This document shows, piece by piece, positions 44,830 through 55,807 of a stretch of DNA of 64,000 nucleotides. The notes below the pieces were generated by a model. That model was given only the letters and a program-made list of their open reading frames with translations, was not told where the DNA came from and ran no database searches. The number at the start of each line of letters is the position of its first letter. Position 1 is the first letter of the stretch. The stretch comes from Bdellovibrionota bacterium (GTDB taxonomy: Bacteria; Bdellovibrionota_G; JALEGL01; DATDPG01): NCBI GenBank assembly GCA_963668355.1, contig OY764265.1, positions 1,280,001 to 1,344,000 on the forward strand, given 5' to 3'. The position numbers and the translations under genes are program-made.

Positions 44830-46304
44830 TTGTGCAAGATCTCTTTCAGGGCTTAACGCTTTCTACATCCTTCCCAATTTCGGAACGTACCGTTTCCGGA
44901 ATTGCGTTGGATTCCCGCGAGGTGGAATCTGGAGATTTGTTTGTGGCTCTTCAGGGTCAAAAATTGGACGGGGAGAAATTCATTCAAGATGCCCTTTCAA
45001 AGGGAGCGGTGGGCGTCCTTTCGGAAAAGGAACTTCCAAAATTCAGGGAAAACGCCTTGGTGGTTCCTGAGTTGAGAAAACATTTGGGAGAGTTGGCTTC
45101 ACGAGTTTATGGGCAACCCAGTTTGGCACTAACCGCCATCGGAATCACCGGCACGAACGGAAAGACGACCGTAACCTATTTGCTGGAAAGTATTTTGAAG
45201 CGGGCAGGTCATCGACCGGGTGTCGTGGGAACGGTGAATTATCGATGGGGGAATCGACAAGAGTCTGCCCTGCATACAACCCCTGAAGCTCCTCGTCTTC
45301 AAAAGACATTGCGAAAAATGGTGGATGACCAGGTCAGCCATGCCATGGTTGAGTGTTCGTCTCATGCGTTGTCTTATGATCGAATTTCGTCTCTGCATTT
45401 GGATGTGGCGGTATTTACCAATTTGACCCAAGACCATTTGGACTTTCATGGCTCCCTCGAAGCCTATGCGGAAGCCAAACGAAAATTGTTTGATGATGTT
45501 CTGATGAAGAGTCAGAAGGAGCGAAAGAGGGCCGTCATCAATGTGGATGATCCCGTGGGCTGTGCGTGGGCCGAAGATCTGCCCTTTTCAGTTCTTACGT
45601 ATTCGCTTGAGAATCCGAAGGCTTCCATTTTTGCCGAGAAGACCGAAGTGAGCGTTCATGGAATTTCGGCAAAGGTTCACACTCCCCAAGGTGATTTTCA
45701 TCTTCGTTCCTCTCTCATTGGAGAACACAATCTTTCGAATCTTTTGGGGGCGATTGCGGTTGCGGTTGGATTGGAGATTCCCACAGAAATCATTGCGGAG
45801 GCCTTGAACCAGCGAATCGAAATTCCAGGACGATTGGAAGCGGTTTCTGAAAACGCCAATGTTTTTGTGGACTATGCCCACACAGAAGATGCACTTCGAA
45901 ATGTGTTGAACACACTAAAGCCGCTGACGAAAGACCGCCTGATCGTTGTGTTTGGTTGTGGAGGCGATCGAGATAAAGGAAAACGTCCCAAGATGATGCG
46001 TGCTGCATGGGAACAGGCCGATGTCGTTATTGTGACTTCAGACAATCCTCGAACGGAAGATCCCCAGGGAATCTTGGACGACATTCTCAGTGAAAAAGTG
46101 GGTGAGGTCGAGGACTCGAAGCTCCTTCGTCGGGTTTTGTCTCGGGAGGAAGCGATTGGCAAGGCCATTCGTATGGCGAGTGAAAACGATGTGGTTTTGA
46201 TTGCTGGGAAAGGTCATGAGACCTACCAAGAAGTGAATGGAATTCGCTATGACTTTGATGACCGGGAAGTTGCGAGAAGATTTTTGAAGGAGAAGTCGTT
46301 GTGA
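44826..46304 (+). CDS. murE: UDP-MurNAc-tripeptide ligase
   Basis: GITGTNGKTT, HTTP, DYAHT, GCGGDRD, DNPR. Confidence 0.97.
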   Translation: MIVQDLFQGLTLSTSFPISERTVSGIALDSREVESGDLFVALQGQKLDGEKFIQDALSKGAVGVLSEKELPKFRENALVVPELRKHLGELASRVYGQPSLALTAIGITGTNGKTTVTYLLESILKRAGHRPGVVGTVNYRWGNRQESALHTTPEAPRLQKTLRKMVDDQVSHAMVECSSHALSYDRISSLHLDVAVFTNLTQDHLDFHGSLEAYAEAKRKLFDDVLMKSQKERKRAVINVDDPVGCAWAEDLPFSVLTYSLENPKASIFAEKTEVSVHGISAKVHTPQGDFHLRSSLIGEHNLSNLLGAIAVAVGLEIPTEIIAEALNQRIEIPGRLEAVSENANVFVDYAHTEDALRNVLNTLKPLTKDRLIVVFGCGGDRDKGKRPKMMRAAWEQADVVIVTSDNPRTEDPQGILDDILSEKVGEVEDSKLLRRVLSREEAIGKAIRMASENDVVLIAGKGHETYQEVNGIRYDFDDREVARRFLKEKSL

Positions 46305-47707
46305 ATCGTTTGCCTTTGAGAACAGAACTGAATCTTTCTTTTGCCGAGGTTCTTCGGGGCGTTGAGGGCAAGTTGGATATGTCGCTTCAAGGTCATATCG
46401 AAGGCGTTGCTTTGGATACACGTTCTTTGAAACAGGGAGATTTGTTTTTTGCATTGAAGGCCACGCGAGATGGACATGACTTTGTTGATCAGGCCTTTGA
46501 AAAAGGTGCCTGCGCCGCGGTGGTTGAAAAGAAAATGAAATCCTCTGGGCCATGCATTCGCGTGAAAGATACTTGGCAAGCTTTGGGTTCCCTGGCCAAT
46601 CAAGTTCGAATGGAGTGGGGAGGAAGAGTTGTTGGGATTAGTGGATCTAATGGAAAGACCACGACCAAGGAAATGGCAGCAGCGATTTTTGGGACCTACC
46701 TCAAAACGTTAAAGGCCCCCGGAACCTGGAATAACGCGTTGGGAATTCCTCTTTCCCTTTTTCAATTGCGCGAGATGCACGAAGTGGCTGTTTTGGAAAT
46801 GGGGATCAATGACTTTGGAGAAATGACGGCATTGGCGGATGTGGCCAAGCCGAATGTAGGTGTTTTGACAAATATAGGACCGGGACATCTTGAGAAATTC
46901 AAATCCATCGAAGGAGTCATGCGTGCCAAGGGTGAACTTTTTGAAGCCATGGATGCCGATGGCATAGCGGTAATCAATGCAGACGATCCTTACTTATCGA
47001 AACTCGGGGAGAAGTTTCCCGGAAAACTCATTCGGGTCTCCATGAAAGATGAGGCCGACGTTTTGGCATCAGTGACGCGAGATTTGGGGATGGATGGATT
47101 GGTGTTGAACGTGAGCTATGGATCCGAGTTTGTGGAACTCAAAACCTCCTGTGTCGGGATTCATAATGTTTATAACCTCCTTTGTGCCCTGGGTGCGGCG
47201 CTCGCTTTGGGCGTTCCCGTTTCGGTTTTGCAAGAAGGTGTGAACCAAATGCAGAAGCCACAGATGCGTTTGGAGATCATGCAATGGCCTCATCAGATTT
47301 CGGTCATCAATGATTGTTATAACGCCAACCCGGCTTCAATGGCTGTGGCGCTGGAAATCGGAAAGGATGTGACCCGAGGACGGGTCATCGCCGTACTGGG
47401 AGATATGATGGAATTGGGAGACCTTGCGGCCCGGGCTCATCGAGATATCGGAATCAAAGTTGCCCAACATGAATATGCGCATCTCTTTGTGATTGGACAG
47501 TTCTCGGGGGACATTCGACAAGGGGCTCTTCAAGGAGGGATGAAATACGAAGAGATCACTGTGGAAACCTCTCATCTCGAACTGGCCCGAAAAATTGCGA
47601 ACATCATTCAACCCAAAGACACGATTTTGATCAAAGGCTCCCGAGGAATGCGAATGGAAAAAGTCACTGAGGAGTTGCGTCGTTTGGTGGAAGGAGAGGC
47701 AGGTTAG
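46301..47707 (+). CDS. murF: D-Ala-D-Ala adding enzyme
   Basis: GSNGKTTTKE, NN.LG.P, DCYNANP.S, KGSRG. Confidence 0.97.
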   Translation: MNRLPLRTELNLSFAEVLRGVEGKLDMSLQGHIEGVALDTRSLKQGDLFFALKATRDGHDFVDQAFEKGACAAVVEKKMKSSGPCIRVKDTWQALGSLANQVRMEWGGRVVGISGSNGKTTTKEMAAAIFGTYLKTLKAPGTWNNALGIPLSLFQLREMHEVAVLEMGINDFGEMTALADVAKPNVGVLTNIGPGHLEKFKSIEGVMRAKGELFEAMDADGIAVINADDPYLSKLGEKFPGKLIRVSMKDEADVLASVTRDLGMDGLVLNVSYGSEFVELKTSCVGIHNVYNLLCALGAALALGVPVSVLQEGVNQMQKPQMRLEIMQWPHQISVINDCYNANPASMAVALEIGKDVTRGRVIAVLGDMMELGDLAARAHRDIGIKVAQHEYAHLFVIGQFSGDIRQGALQGGMKYEEITVETSHLELARKIANIIQPKDTILIKGSRGMRMEKVTEELRRLVEGEAG

Positions 47708-47710
47708 CTC

Positions 47711-48787
47711 ATGTTTTACGATCTTTTATATCCCATTCATGCGGCGTACGGACTGTTCCGCGTTTTTCGCTACATCAGCTTTCGCATGATGATGGCCATG
47801 TTGACGGCACTCTTGATTAGTTTTGTGGTTGGACCGTTTTTGATCAAGATGCTTAAAAGTCGTCAGATTGGGGAAAAAATTCGAAGTGATGGACCTGGAA
47901 GTCACCAAGGAAAGTCGGGGACACCCACTATGGGTGGAATCTTGTTGGTCTTTTCGTTTTTGCTTTCATTTTTGCTTTGGACACGATTGGACAATCCCTT
48001 CACGTGGGTCGTTTCAGGGGCAACATTTTCTTTTGCCCTCATTGGGTTCTTGGATGATTGGTTAAAGATTCGAGGAAAAGGAAAGGGTGGTTTGTCCATC
48101 TCTTCCAAATTTAAACTCCAATTCATGTTCGCTCCAATAATGGCGGTGGCTTTGGTTTGGGCGGAGTTGGACACCACGTTGGTGGTTCCCTTTTTCAAAG
48201 ACGCCAACGTTTTTCTTCCTTGGTTTTTGTTTATTCCGTTTGCAGCTTTCGTGATTGTCGCGACATCCAATGCCGTGAACCTCACAGATGGATTGGATGG
48301 CTTGGCCATTGGTCCGGTTATGGTTGCCGCTTTCACGTATATGGTTCTCGCTTATATCGCCGGCCATGCGGAGATCGCGGACTACCTCCAAGTGCAAAAC
48401 GTGAAGGGCGCTGGAGAGTTGGCGGTGTTTTGCTCAGCCATGGTGGGTGCCGGCCTGGGGTTCCTTTGGTTCAATACGTACCCGGCTCAAGTGTTTATGG
48501 GTGACGTGGGGTCGCTGGCTTTGGGTGCTGCTCTGGGTACGGTCGCCGTCATCATTCGTCAGGAGCTGTTGTTGATCTTGGTGGGAGGCGTGTTCGTCGT
48601 GGAGGCGGTCAGTGTCATTGTTCAGGTGGTTAGTTTTAGAACTACGGGAAAGCGAGTTTTTCGAATGGCCCCCATCCATCATCATTTCGAATTAAAGGGA
48701 TGGGCTGAGCCCAAAGTCATTGTGCGTTTTTGGATCATTTCCATCATTCTGGCCATTTTGGCCTTGTCTACATTGAAACTGAGGTAA
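47711..48787 (+). CDS. mraY: Phospho-MurNAc-pentapeptide transferase
   Basis: GTPTMGG, NAVNLTDGLDGL, FMGD.GSL, APIHHHFE. Confidence 0.99.
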   Translation: MFYDLLYPIHAAYGLFRVFRYISFRMMMAMLTALLISFVVGPFLIKMLKSRQIGEKIRSDGPGSHQGKSGTPTMGGILLVFSFLLSFLLWTRLDNPFTWVVSGATFSFALIGFLDDWLKIRGKGKGGLSISSKFKLQFMFAPIMAVALVWAELDTTLVVPFFKDANVFLPWFLFIPFAAFVIVATSNAVNLTDGLDGLAIGPVMVAAFTYMVLAYIAGHAEIADYLQVQNVKGAGELAVFCSAMVGAGLGFLWFNTYPAQVFMGDVGSLALGAALGTVAVIIRQELLLILVGGVFVVEAVSVIVQVVSFRTTGKRVFRMAPIHHHFELKGWAEPKVIVRFWIISIILAILALSTLKLR

Positions 48788-48796
48788 AGAAGGAAG

Positions 48797-50143
48797 ATGA
48801 AGGTCGAACTCAAAGGAAAAAACATCACCGTGCTCGGATTGGGCATTCGCACGGGTGTGTCCTTGGTTCGTTACCTCTGTTCACAAGGTGCCTCGGTGCA
48901 TGTGTATGATCGGCGAGAAGAGGGAGCTCTTCAAAACGAATTGGCCGCATTGCATGGATGTTCCTTTCAATTGGAAGCTGGAAGTGATGCTCCTCAAGGC
49001 TTGACGGGAACGGATTTAATTTTGTTGAGCCCTGGCATTCAGATTGACTCTCCTTTCTTGGAAGATCCGCGCAAGAAGGGGGTTCCGATTTGGAGTGAGA
49101 TCGAGTTAGCCGGTCGCTTGATAAAAGCGCCCATCCTCGCCATTACAGGAACCAATGGAAAAAGCACCACGACCTCTTTGTTGGCCCACATTTTGGAATC
49201 TTGGGGCAAGAAGGTGTTTGCCGGAGGAAATTTAGGGAATCCTCTCATCAATGCCACCAAAGATTCGTATGACTATGTAGTCGCCGAAATTTCGAGTTTT
49301 CAACTGGAAGCCGTGGAGGAGTTTCAACCTGAAGTAGCGGTTCTTTTGAATATTTCTCCCAATCACCTGGATCGTCATCGGGACATGCAGACTTATATTG
49401 CGTGCAAAGAAAAATTGTTTTCAAGAATGGGAAAAACGAATCGAGCCTTTTTAAATGCGGATGATGAGGTTTGCCATCAGATAGGTCCGCATTTGAATTG
49501 TGAAACCCACCCATTTTCTGCAATGGGTGATCCCGAAGCTCACGCTTGGATCAAAGAAAATAACGTGGTTTTGCCGAGTGGTGAAACGGTTTCTCTCTCG
49601 GGCTTAAAACTTCATGGAAACCATAATCGAGAGAATGCCTTGGCGGCCATTCTTGTTGCGCGGTCATTGGGTTGTTCCATTTCTGTGATGGAATCGGCCC
49701 TAAGCACGTTTAATCCTCTTCCTCATCGTCTTCAAGAAGTTGGGCGATTGGGACAGGTGAGGTTCGTGAACGACTCCAAGAGCACAACCCCTCTATCCAC
49801 ACTTCGTGCCTTGGAGTCGTTTGCGCAACCGATTTTATGGATGGCCGGTGGGAAATCAAAAGTGAATTCTTTTGAACATCTGGGACCTAAAGCGAAGGAA
49901 CATGTAAAGCACGCATTCTTCTTTGGAGAGTGCGCTTCGATGATGGAGAAAGATTTAAGCTCTTCCATTCCTGTTTCGGTTTTTTCTACGATGGAAGAAG
50001 CCTTTCGGGCTGCCATTCAAAAGGCTGGAAATCATGATGTTGTTCTTTTGTCTCCAGCGAACGCGAGCTTTGATCAGTTTAAAAATTTCGAAGAGCGTGG
50101 AGAAGTGTTTGCACGTTTTGTGGAACGGGAGACGGTTCGATGA
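48797..50143 (+). CDS. murD: D-glutamate ligase
   Basis: LSPGI, TGTNGKSTT, GGNLG, EISSFQL, NDSK, LSPA.ASFDQF. Confidence 0.97.
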   Translation: MKVELKGKNITVLGLGIRTGVSLVRYLCSQGASVHVYDRREEGALQNELAALHGCSFQLEAGSDAPQGLTGTDLILLSPGIQIDSPFLEDPRKKGVPIWSEIELAGRLIKAPILAITGTNGKSTTTSLLAHILESWGKKVFAGGNLGNPLINATKDSYDYVVAEISSFQLEAVEEFQPEVAVLLNISPNHLDRHRDMQTYIACKEKLFSRMGKTNRAFLNADDEVCHQIGPHLNCETHPFSAMGDPEAHAWIKENNVVLPSGETVSLSGLKLHGNHNRENALAAILVARSLGCSISVMESALSTFNPLPHRLQEVGRLGQVRFVNDSKSTTPLSTLRALESFAQPILWMAGGKSKVNSFEHLGPKAKEHVKHAFFFGECASMMEKDLSSSIPVSVFSTMEEAFRAAIQKAGNHDVVLLSPANASFDQFKNFEERGEVFARFVERETVR

Positions 50144-51300
50144 CGAAGCGAAACATTCCCTGGTCCAAAAAAGTGGCGCATATCGATCCGTATATATTGG
50201 GGCCCACCGTTTTGCTCATCGGTCTGGGTACGATCATGATCTACAGTGCAAGTTCTTTGCTTGGCATTGAGAAATTTGGAGACAGTTTCTTTTTCCTAAA
50301 AAAACAAATCTTTAATTTGTTCTTAGGATGTGTCGGAATGGCAGCGATTTTTTCGCTGAAAGTGCGTGGCCTTAGGAAGCTGGCTTTCCCAGGTTTGCTT
50401 GTTTCGGGTGGTTTGCTGGTGGTTACGCTGTTTTCTTCCGCGGGAATCGAAGCGAATCATGCGACCCGTTGGTTGTCTCTAGGCGGATTCCGCTTTCAAC
50501 CTTCTGAATTTGCAAAACCATTGATCATTCTTTATGTCGCAGCCTACTTGGCGAAACGCGGAGAGAGCATTCGCGATTTTCGTCATGGCTTGTTGCCACT
50601 TTTGCTGCAAGTTGGCGTGTTTCTGCTCCTGATTCTTAAACAACCAGATTTTGGAACGACCGTGGTTTTGTCGTTGGTGGTGGGAATCATGTTGTTTGCA
50701 GGCCACGCAAAACTTTCTCATTTGGGAGCGTTGACCGGATTGGGAATGTCGGCAGGGATTGCTTTGATTCAGTTTTCCACCTACCGACGGGAACGCCTTT
50801 TGTCTTTTTTAAACCCTTGGGCCGACGAACAAGGAAAGGGTTTCCAAATCATTCAATCCTTCATCGCCTTCCAACATGGCGGAGTAACCGGACAGGGTTT
50901 GGGAGACGGTTCTCAAAAGTTGCTCTACCTTCCTGAGGCCCATACAGATTTCATTTATTCGGTTGTCGCCGAGGAGTTGGGTCTTTTTGGTACGGTGGGA
51001 ATCATTGTGTTGTTTACCGTTCTGGTGGTGCAAGGCTTGAAATTGGCCATACGAATTCGGGATCCCTTCGCCTCCAACCTGGCCTTAGGGTTAACTTCTT
51101 TAATTGGCATCCAAGCCTTTTTCAATATGGCCGTGGTTATGGGGTTGGTTCCAACCAAGGGATTGACCCTCCCTCTCATCAGTTATGGAGGAACGTCTCT
51201 CATCGCAACCATGACGTGTTTGGGTGTTCTCATGTCTCTCTCTTCGTCTGTCGCCTTGTCGGGCCAGCCGACGCGCCGTCGAAAAAGGGGGTCGAGTTGA
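50140..51300 (+). CDS. ftsW: SEDS glycosyltransferase FtsW
   Basis: FQPSEFAK, QPDFG, LPEAHTDFI, LPLISYGG. Confidence 0.97.
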   Translation: MTKRNIPWSKKVAHIDPYILGPTVLLIGLGTIMIYSASSLLGIEKFGDSFFFLKKQIFNLFLGCVGMAAIFSLKVRGLRKLAFPGLLVSGGLLVVTLFSSAGIEANHATRWLSLGGFRFQPSEFAKPLIILYVAAYLAKRGESIRDFRHGLLPLLLQVGVFLLLILKQPDFGTTVVLSLVVGIMLFAGHAKLSHLGALTGLGMSAGIALIQFSTYRRERLLSFLNPWADEQGKGFQIIQSFIAFQHGGVTGQGLGDGSQKLLYLPEAHTDFIYSVVAEELGLFGTVGIIVLFTVLVVQGLKLAIRIRDPFASNLALGLTSLIGIQAFFNMAVVMGLVPTKGLTLPLISYGGTSLIATMTCLGVLMSLSSSVALSGQPTRRRKRGSS

Positions 51301-52367
51301 GAGTCTTGATGGCAGCAGGTGGAACCGGAGGACACGTGTTTCCCGCGTTGGCCATAGCCCGCGCATTTCAGGAAAAGCGAATGAACGTCCAAATTCTCTT
51401 CGTCGGAACCCCACGAGGCATGGAGAAAGAGCTGGTGCCTTCAGCCGGTTTCCCGCTGGAACTTATGCAGGTGAGCGGGTTGAAGGGAAAAGGATGGTTT
51501 TACCGGATCAGAAGTTTAATGACCCTTCCAAGAGCTTTTTTCAGCTCATGGAAATTGCTCAAAACGTTTCGGCCCGACACGGTGTTTGGAATTGGCGGAT
51601 ATGCTTCGGGGCCCATTTTGTTGATGGCGGCGTTAACTGGAAAAAAAACAGCCATCCTGGAGCCCAACGCCGTCGCAGGATTGTCCAATCGTGTGCTGGG
51701 AAAATTTGTGTATCGGGTGTTTGTGGCCTTCCAAGAAGCGGGACACTTCTTCGCTTCCAAAAAAGTAATTCATTCGGGAAATCCCATCCGAAAAGAAATT
51801 CTCAATGTTCCCCCTCCCAGCTTCGAGGCGAATAAATTGAAGGTTTTGGTCTTTGGTGGTTCTCAAGGGGCCCGAAGCATTAATCAGGCCGTCATCGACG
51901 CGCTTCCAAAATTAAAAGAAAGCGGAATTGAATTTTCCTTCATTCATCAAACGGGTTTGAAAGATGAAAAACGGGTTCGTGAAGCATTCTTGGCTCAAGG
52001 CATTGAAGCCGATGTGTTTGCATTCTCCGGAGAGAATATGGCTCAAGCCTATGAGCAATCTCATGTGGTGTTGGCTCGGGGAGGATCCAGTGTTTTGGAG
52101 ATTGCTGCCTGCGGTCGTCCGTCCATTGTCGTTCCCTATCCCTTTTCAGCAGATGATCATCAATGGGCCAATGGTTGCGTCATGCAGAAAGCCGGGGCCT
52201 CTGTTCTTGTGAAGAATGATGATCTCAATGGCTCGTGTCTTGCTGGTCATTTAATCGAACTTGCGAAGAATTCAGAAAGATTAAAAGAAATGAGTCATTG
52301 TGCACGAAAGCTTCGGTTTGATCAGGCTGCGGAACGGATTGTAGAGGAAATAGAGGAGATGAGTTGA
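51297..52367 (+). CDS. murG: Lipid II GlcNAc transferase
   Basis: GGTGGHVFP, GGYAS, GNPIR, GGSQGA; TTG start at 51297. Confidence 0.97.
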   Translation: MRVLMAAGGTGGHVFPALAIARAFQEKRMNVQILFVGTPRGMEKELVPSAGFPLELMQVSGLKGKGWFYRIRSLMTLPRAFFSSWKLLKTFRPDTVFGIGGYASGPILLMAALTGKKTAILEPNAVAGLSNRVLGKFVYRVFVAFQEAGHFFASKKVIHSGNPIRKEILNVPPPSFEANKLKVLVFGGSQGARSINQAVIDALPKLKESGIEFSFIHQTGLKDEKRVREAFLAQGIEADVFAFSGENMAQAYEQSHVVLARGGSSVLEIAACGRPSIVVPYPFSADDHQWANGCVMQKAGASVLVKNDDLNGSCLAGHLIELAKNSERLKEMSHCARKLRFDQAAERIVEEIEEMS

Positions 52368-53749
52368 TGACGGACAAGGGGCGAGTTCATTTTGTGGGGA
52401 TCGGTGGCGTAGGCATGAGTGGCCTGGCGGAGATTCTTTTGGCGTCTGGTTACTCCGTCAGTGGCAGTGACGTTAAGGCTAACCGGTACACCGAACGACT
52501 TGCCGGTTTGGGTGCGAATATTCACATCGGACATCGCGCGAATCAGGTTCATGGATCGAAAACAGTTGTTTTTTCTTCGGCCATTGATTCGGAAAATGTC
52601 GAATTGAAAGAAGCCGCCAAAGAAAAAATCACCATTCTAGCGCGTGCCGACATGCTTGCGGAATTGATGCGAAAGAAGCAATCCATTGTGGTGGCCGGTT
52701 CACATGGAAAGACCACAACCAGTGCCATGATTGCAACGTTGTTGATGGAAGCAGGTTGTGATCCCACAGCGGTCATTGGAGGAAGTCTCAAGAAAATCGC
52801 AAGCAATGCCCGAATGGGAACGGACGAGTGGTTTGTATGTGAATCTGATGAAAGCGATGGTTCATTCTTGAAACTCCTTCCCACGATTGGCGTCATCACG
52901 AATATTGATAGTGAGCACCTCGATCACTACGGTTCGTTTGGAAAACTCGAAAAGGCTTTTGAGGATTTTGCCAATCGTGTTCCGTTTGATGGGGTAACGG
53001 TGATTTGCAGCGATGACCATCATTGCAATCAATTGCTTTCGAAGGTTGAAAAGCCCGTTCTCTTGTATGGAATTAAGCAGGCAGCCAATGTTGTAGCAAA
53101 AGATGTTGAATTATTGCCAGACTTGGTTCGGTTCTCTCTCCTCAAAGATCTAAAGTCCGTTTGTACGGTGGCGATCCCCACAACCGGAAAGCATAATGTC
53201 CTGAATGCTCTGGCAGCCGCTGCGGTTGGTTTGCAAACGGGATTGAGTGGAAAGGAAATCAAACGAGGGTTGGAGGCCTTTGGGGGCATTGAGCGTCGTT
53301 TGGAACTAAAAGGAGAGGTGAACGGGGTTCGTTTGATTGATGACTATGCTCATCATCCTACCGAAATCAAAGCCACGTTAGATTCTTTGAGATTCATGGC
53401 CAACGGAGGCGCGCTTCGTCTCTTGGTTCAGCCACATCGTTTTTCACGACTTAGAAATCATTGGGATGAATTCGTAAACGTTTTTGATGGCGTGGAGGAG
53501 TTGATTTTGGCTCCTGTGTATCGAGCCAGTGAGGAAGAAATTCCGGGGATCGACAGTCAAAACTTGATGCAAGCCATTCATGATCGAGGCCGAACAAATG
53601 TTCGATGTGCGGAAAATTTGGAAGCAGCCGCCGAAATGCTCGTTGAGAACGTGCAATCGGGCGACTTGTTGGCGACGCTTGGTGCTGGGGACATCACATA
53701 CTGCGCGCCGCAAATTTTGGAAGGTTTAAGAAGGGTGAAGGGAGACTGA
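52364..53749 (+). CDS. murC: UDP-MurNAc-L-Ala ligase
   Basis: HFVGIGGVGMSG, GSHGKTTT, DESDGSF, DDYAHHPTE. Confidence 0.98.
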   Translation: MMTDKGRVHFVGIGGVGMSGLAEILLASGYSVSGSDVKANRYTERLAGLGANIHIGHRANQVHGSKTVVFSSAIDSENVELKEAAKEKITILARADMLAELMRKKQSIVVAGSHGKTTTSAMIATLLMEAGCDPTAVIGGSLKKIASNARMGTDEWFVCESDESDGSFLKLLPTIGVITNIDSEHLDHYGSFGKLEKAFEDFANRVPFDGVTVICSDDHHCNQLLSKVEKPVLLYGIKQAANVVAKDVELLPDLVRFSLLKDLKSVCTVAIPTTGKHNVLNALAAAAVGLQTGLSGKEIKRGLEAFGGIERRLELKGEVNGVRLIDDYAHHPTEIKATLDSLRFMANGGALRLLVQPHRFSRLRNHWDEFVNVFDGVEELILAPVYRASEEEIPGIDSQNLMQAIHDRGRTNVRCAENLEAAAEMLVENVQSGDLLATLGAGDITYCAPQILEGLRRVKGD

Positions 53750-53754
53750 AAGGT

Positions 53755-54522
53755 TTGAAAAGAAAAGCCACCAGAAAGAAAACCTCAACTCCAAGGCTCT
53801 CAAGGGTCTTGTGGTTTCTGTGTGCGGGAGCATGCATGATTGGGGGCGCTCTTTTTGTGGCTCGAAGCAAGGCTTCTCTTCCTTTCGAAGTGAGAAACTT
53901 GAAGGTGAACGGACTCAAAACATTGCAGAACATTGATCTCTACGAATTTACAGGGATCCAAAAAAACACACCGTTATTTGGAAAGTGGATGGACGATGTT
54001 TTGGAGCGTGTAAGGGCCAACCCACGGATTGCGGAGGCCACCATTTTTAGAAATTCCACGGGAGAAGTGGTGGTTCAGGTCGCAGAGCATCAGGCCTATG
54101 CGCTCATCAATCTTGAGCGACTGTTTTTCATCAATGGCGAAGGAATCATTTTGGATGAGGCCAGACTGGGATCGACGGAAACCAGAGATCTTCCAGTTAT
54201 CACCGGGCCTTGGAGTGGAAAAAAATGGACAGGTGAATGGACACAACATGCGAAAGAAGCCGTTCTTTTATTGAAAATGTTGTCCAATGACACACTGCCA
54301 GAAAAGAAAATTTCAGAAGTCCATTTTAGCGAACGGTTGGGGTGGATTGTTTATGAGATCGGGTCGAAGGCCCGCATCATCGTAGGAAATGACGATTTAC
54401 GTCGTCGAACGGAACGCTTGAGGCGAGTGTTGCGTGAAGTGAAGAAGCATAAATCGAGTGTGAGAGAGATCGATTTGAATTTCTCAGACCGTGTGGTGGT
54501 CAAACTTAAGGACACTGCTTAG
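53755..54522 (+). CDS. ftsQ: Cell division protein FtsQ/DivIB
   Basis: TM helix, POTRA-like region, LPVITG, IDL.FSDRVVV; precedes ftsA. Confidence 0.88.
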   Translation: MKRKATRKKTSTPRLSRVLWFLCAGACMIGGALFVARSKASLPFEVRNLKVNGLKTLQNIDLYEFTGIQKNTPLFGKWMDDVLERVRANPRIAEATIFRNSTGEVVVQVAEHQAYALINLERLFFINGEGIILDEARLGSTETRDLPVITGPWSGKKWTGEWTQHAKEAVLLLKMLSNDTLPEKKISEVHFSERLGWIVYEIGSKARIIVGNDDLRRRTERLRRVLREVKKHKSSVREIDLNFSDRVVVKLKDTA

Positions 54523-54538
54523 CAGTAGAGGGAGTGTT

Positions 54539-55768
54539 ATGGCGAAGAAAGACAATCTAGTTGTTGGCTTAGACATTGGAACCACGAAAGTGGTGGCCAT
54601 CGTGGGAGAGGTTACCCCAGAGGGGATTGATATTGCGGGGATTGGAGTGAGCCCTTCAAGGGGTCTTCGCAAAGGGGTTGTGATCAATATTGATTCCACG
54701 GTGCAGTCCATTCAAAAAGCTGTTGAAGAAGCCGAGCTCATGGCGGGTTGCGAGGTTCATTCGGTTTATGCCGGGATTTCGGGCGGACATATTCGGGGAT
54801 TCAATAGCCATGGAATTGTGGCTGTAAAAGACAAGGAAGTTCGACAGATCGATGTTGATCGTGTTGTCGATGCGGCCAAGGCTGTCGCCATTCCGTTAGA
54901 TCGCGAAGTTCTCCATGTCATTCCACAAGAATTCATTGTGGATGACCAAGATGGAATTCGCGATCCCGTTGGAATGTCGGGAGTTCGTTTGGAATCCAAA
55001 GTGCATATTGTGACAGGAGCCGTGACTTCCGCGCAGAACATCGTCAAGTGCTGCAATCGATGTGGCCTCCAGGTGGAAGACATCGTCTTAGAGCAATTGG
55101 CTTCGGGAGAATCTGTTCTGACCGCAGATGAAAAAGAGCTTGGCGTGGCCATGATTGACATTGGGGGTGGGACAACGGATCTCATTGTGTTCTCACAGGG
55201 TTCCATTCGACACTCTGCCGTTCTGGCTTTGGGTGGAAATCACGTCACCAATGACATTGCTGTAGGCATTCGAACTCCGACGAAAGAGGCCGAATCGATC
55301 AAGCATCGTTTTGGATGCGCCATGACTTCCATGGTGGAACGCGATCAGATTATCGAGGTTCCCTCAGTAGGTGGTCGAAAACCCAGATCCATTTCCCGAC
55401 AGCTCTTGTGCGAAATCATTGAGCCCAGGTTGGAGGAAATTTTTGAGCTGGCCAAAAGAGAAATCGAACAAGCGGGACATTGGGACAATTTGGCGTCAGG
55501 CATTGTGATCACGGGCGGAACTTCGATCTTGGAAGGGGCTCCGGAGTTGGCAGAGCGTGTATTTGACTTACCCGTTCGAAGGGGAGTTCCCATGGAAGTG
55601 GGAGGTTTGGTGGATGTGGTTTCCAGCCCCATTTATGCAACGGCTGTGGGCCTTGTGATGCATGGATACCAAGAATTTAATCGACCTCGACGCATAAGAG
55701 GTCAGGAGGAGACGGTGGTTGCAAAAGTCACCTCTCGAATGAAGCAGTGGTTTGGAGAGTTTTTTTAA
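54539..55768 (+). CDS. ftsA: Cell division protein FtsA
   Basis: GLDIGTTK, DIGGGTT, ITGG; ATG 54539. Confidence 0.98.
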   Translation: MAKKDNLVVGLDIGTTKVVAIVGEVTPEGIDIAGIGVSPSRGLRKGVVINIDSTVQSIQKAVEEAELMAGCEVHSVYAGISGGHIRGFNSHGIVAVKDKEVRQIDVDRVVDAAKAVAIPLDREVLHVIPQEFIVDDQDGIRDPVGMSGVRLESKVHIVTGAVTSAQNIVKCCNRCGLQVEDIVLEQLASGESVLTADEKELGVAMIDIGGGTTDLIVFSQGSIRHSAVLALGGNHVTNDIAVGIRTPTKEAESIKHRFGCAMTSMVERDQIIEVPSVGGRKPRSISRQLLCEIIEPRLEEIFELAKREIEQAGHWDNLASGIVITGGTSILEGAPELAERVFDLPVRRGVPMEVGGLVDVVSSPIYATAVGLVMHGYQEFNRPRRIRGQEETVVAKVTSRMKQWFGEFF

Positions 55769-55807
55769 AAAAGGGCATGACTTCGAAAAGAAGGGAGAGA
55801 AAAAAGT

